DNA of 64,000 nt from a virus. Taxonomy: Duplodnaviria > Caudoviricetes. The stretch spans positions 64,001 to 128,000 of IMG/VR virus record IMGVR_UViG_3300021387_000090, one strand, 5' to 3'. Made by a program: the position numbers and the translations under genes. Below are positions 62,494 through 64,000 of this stretch, piece by piece. The notes under the pieces are model-generated. The model searched no databases, had not been told where the DNA came from, and saw only the letters and a program-made list of their open reading frames with translations. Positions within the stretch are counted from its first letter, which is position 1, and every line of letters begins with the position of its first letter.

Positions 62494-64000
62494 AATATGA
62501 CCACCTTTCGTGTATGTGTATGAATTTTATTGTGTTTTTATTTGCTTTGCCTTGGGGTTGCTATTCAGTTGTAATAATTATCAGTGATTAAAACGGATGT
62601 ACCATTGTGCCGCTAATCTTAGGGGTAAATTTCATTTCTGTCCCCCCTTATTCGTAGTCATCTAGTTTTATCTTGTCTGTAATTGCCCACAGAATCTTTT
62701 TGAAGACCCCGGCATTCTGGATCTTCCAATATTCCTTGATTCTCCGCTGACGATCAGCGGAAGAACGAATAGGAGATACCTGAATATCAATTCCCTTCAG
62801 CGGCATTACATTAGTGTTGATCATAGTCATTTTAGATTTCCTCCTCTATTCTCTTTTTGATTTCCATACGTTCTCTGAAAGACTTTTCCCAGAAATCGGG
62901 ATACCGTTCTTCGCATTTTTTGTACAATAGCTTCCTTCTTTCTTCGTATTTACGGATGTTTTCTCTTGTAACATCCTCACGAATAGAGAAGCATTCCTTT
63001 GGATACATCATCAGTATGCCTCCTCGATCTTAATAATGTCTTCCTTTGGAATACTCATCACGTTAAACCTATCACGGTAGCCGTATAACAGGCCACCAAT
63101 TTCCCACGTTCTATCCAAATATACAGTCCGCTCATGGTCAATCCGTTTGAAGTCAAACGGTTTGCCTTTCTCAATAAAGGTGATCTTTTTCATTAGATTT
63201 CCTCCTCTTCTTTGATAATCAGGTCTTCGTCTGTGGGTAACAGAATGTTCTTAAAACTATCTGCCTTGGCGAAACAGATCTCCTCCGCATCGTCAATGCG
63301 GTTCAGACTCTTTACCAAAGCTTCTGCACACTTTTTACAAATTGTTACATTGGAACATTTAATATATCCATCATTATCAACATTCCAACGATCATCCGTT
63401 TCTGTTGCAGGACGAATGGTAGATATTCTATAACCAGAGACACCAATAACTTTCTCCATTGCGTCATATGCACCCATAGTATTCTCTTCACCACGATCTT
63501 TCATTTCCTGAAGCTGTGCCCTGATTACCTCCATTGCACGGGAATACAGATCACAGAATACACACTCTTTGGTTTCCATCTTCTGCACACGCATCTTCAT
63601 CATTTTTTCTTTTGCCATCGTATTATCCTCCTTTGGATTATGTGGTTTATGGTTTGCCTTACGCAATCAGAGCAGAAATACTCTGAAATACAACGACTCC
63701 GATCTGAGATGGTCTAAAATGTTTCTGTTCAGTCCGTCTCAATTCATGCTCCATTTTCCTCTGTCTTGCAGTGACCATAATGTGGTCACGTTCAGCGTTA
63801 GACGCTGCTCTTTCGAGTGCATCCAGAACATCGTTCCCGTAGCACAATTCCTTTGCTACGGTTTTGTACTGATTCTTTGTCATGCTAATACCTCCACTCC
63901 TGTAATTACAAATTGATGGTCTAACCGATCACCAAAAACCGTATCCCTTTCAAGCTGACAAGGGACAAGTGATTCCATCAAAAAAGAAGTTGAAGGAGGC

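Larger units (their letters stand above)
46999..63883 (-). other. Dense cluster of small co-oriented early/accessory phage ORFs, mostly hypothetical
   Basis: About 40 short minus-strand ORFs with AGGAG-type SD sites and tight spacing. Confidence 0.7.

Overview
Almost entirely minus-strand, AT-rich segment of a large, probably temperate Firmicutes (Clostridia/Lachnospiraceae-like) phage of SPbeta-like organisation. 1-28.8 kb holds nucleotide metabolism and replication genes: dUTPase, NrdG, NrdD split by a group I intron carrying an HNH endonuclease, NrdH-like, ThyX-like, RecD2, DnaE, radical SAM, RNA ligase, cysteine desulfurase, nuclease, primase, DnaB, PurA-like, vWA, AAA ATPase and SSB. 29-40 kb is an RNA-rich region. 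It has normal tRNAs, a tRNA-Leu(UAA) with a group I intron, several tRNA scaffolds carrying cargo in place of the anticodon loop, a shuffled array of small paralogous ORFs, and a Ro60/TROVE gene. 40-46 kb holds an MrpR(YopR)-like repressor, a DUF262 protein and tyrosine recombinases. 46-64 kb is mostly small early/accessory ORFs. The most striking feature is a Ro60 gene with six Y-RNA-like elements sharing a conserved helix (GAAGCGG...TTACTTC / TATTCTC). Four of them display tRNA anticodon arms with different anticodons (Tyr GUA, Thr GGU, Lys UUU, Ser UGA), and one is circularly permuted, with the helix grafted into the anticodon loop of a tRNA body. This suggests a phage Ro60/tRNA-decoy or RNA-repair system. 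All calls are by eye; no database searches were run.
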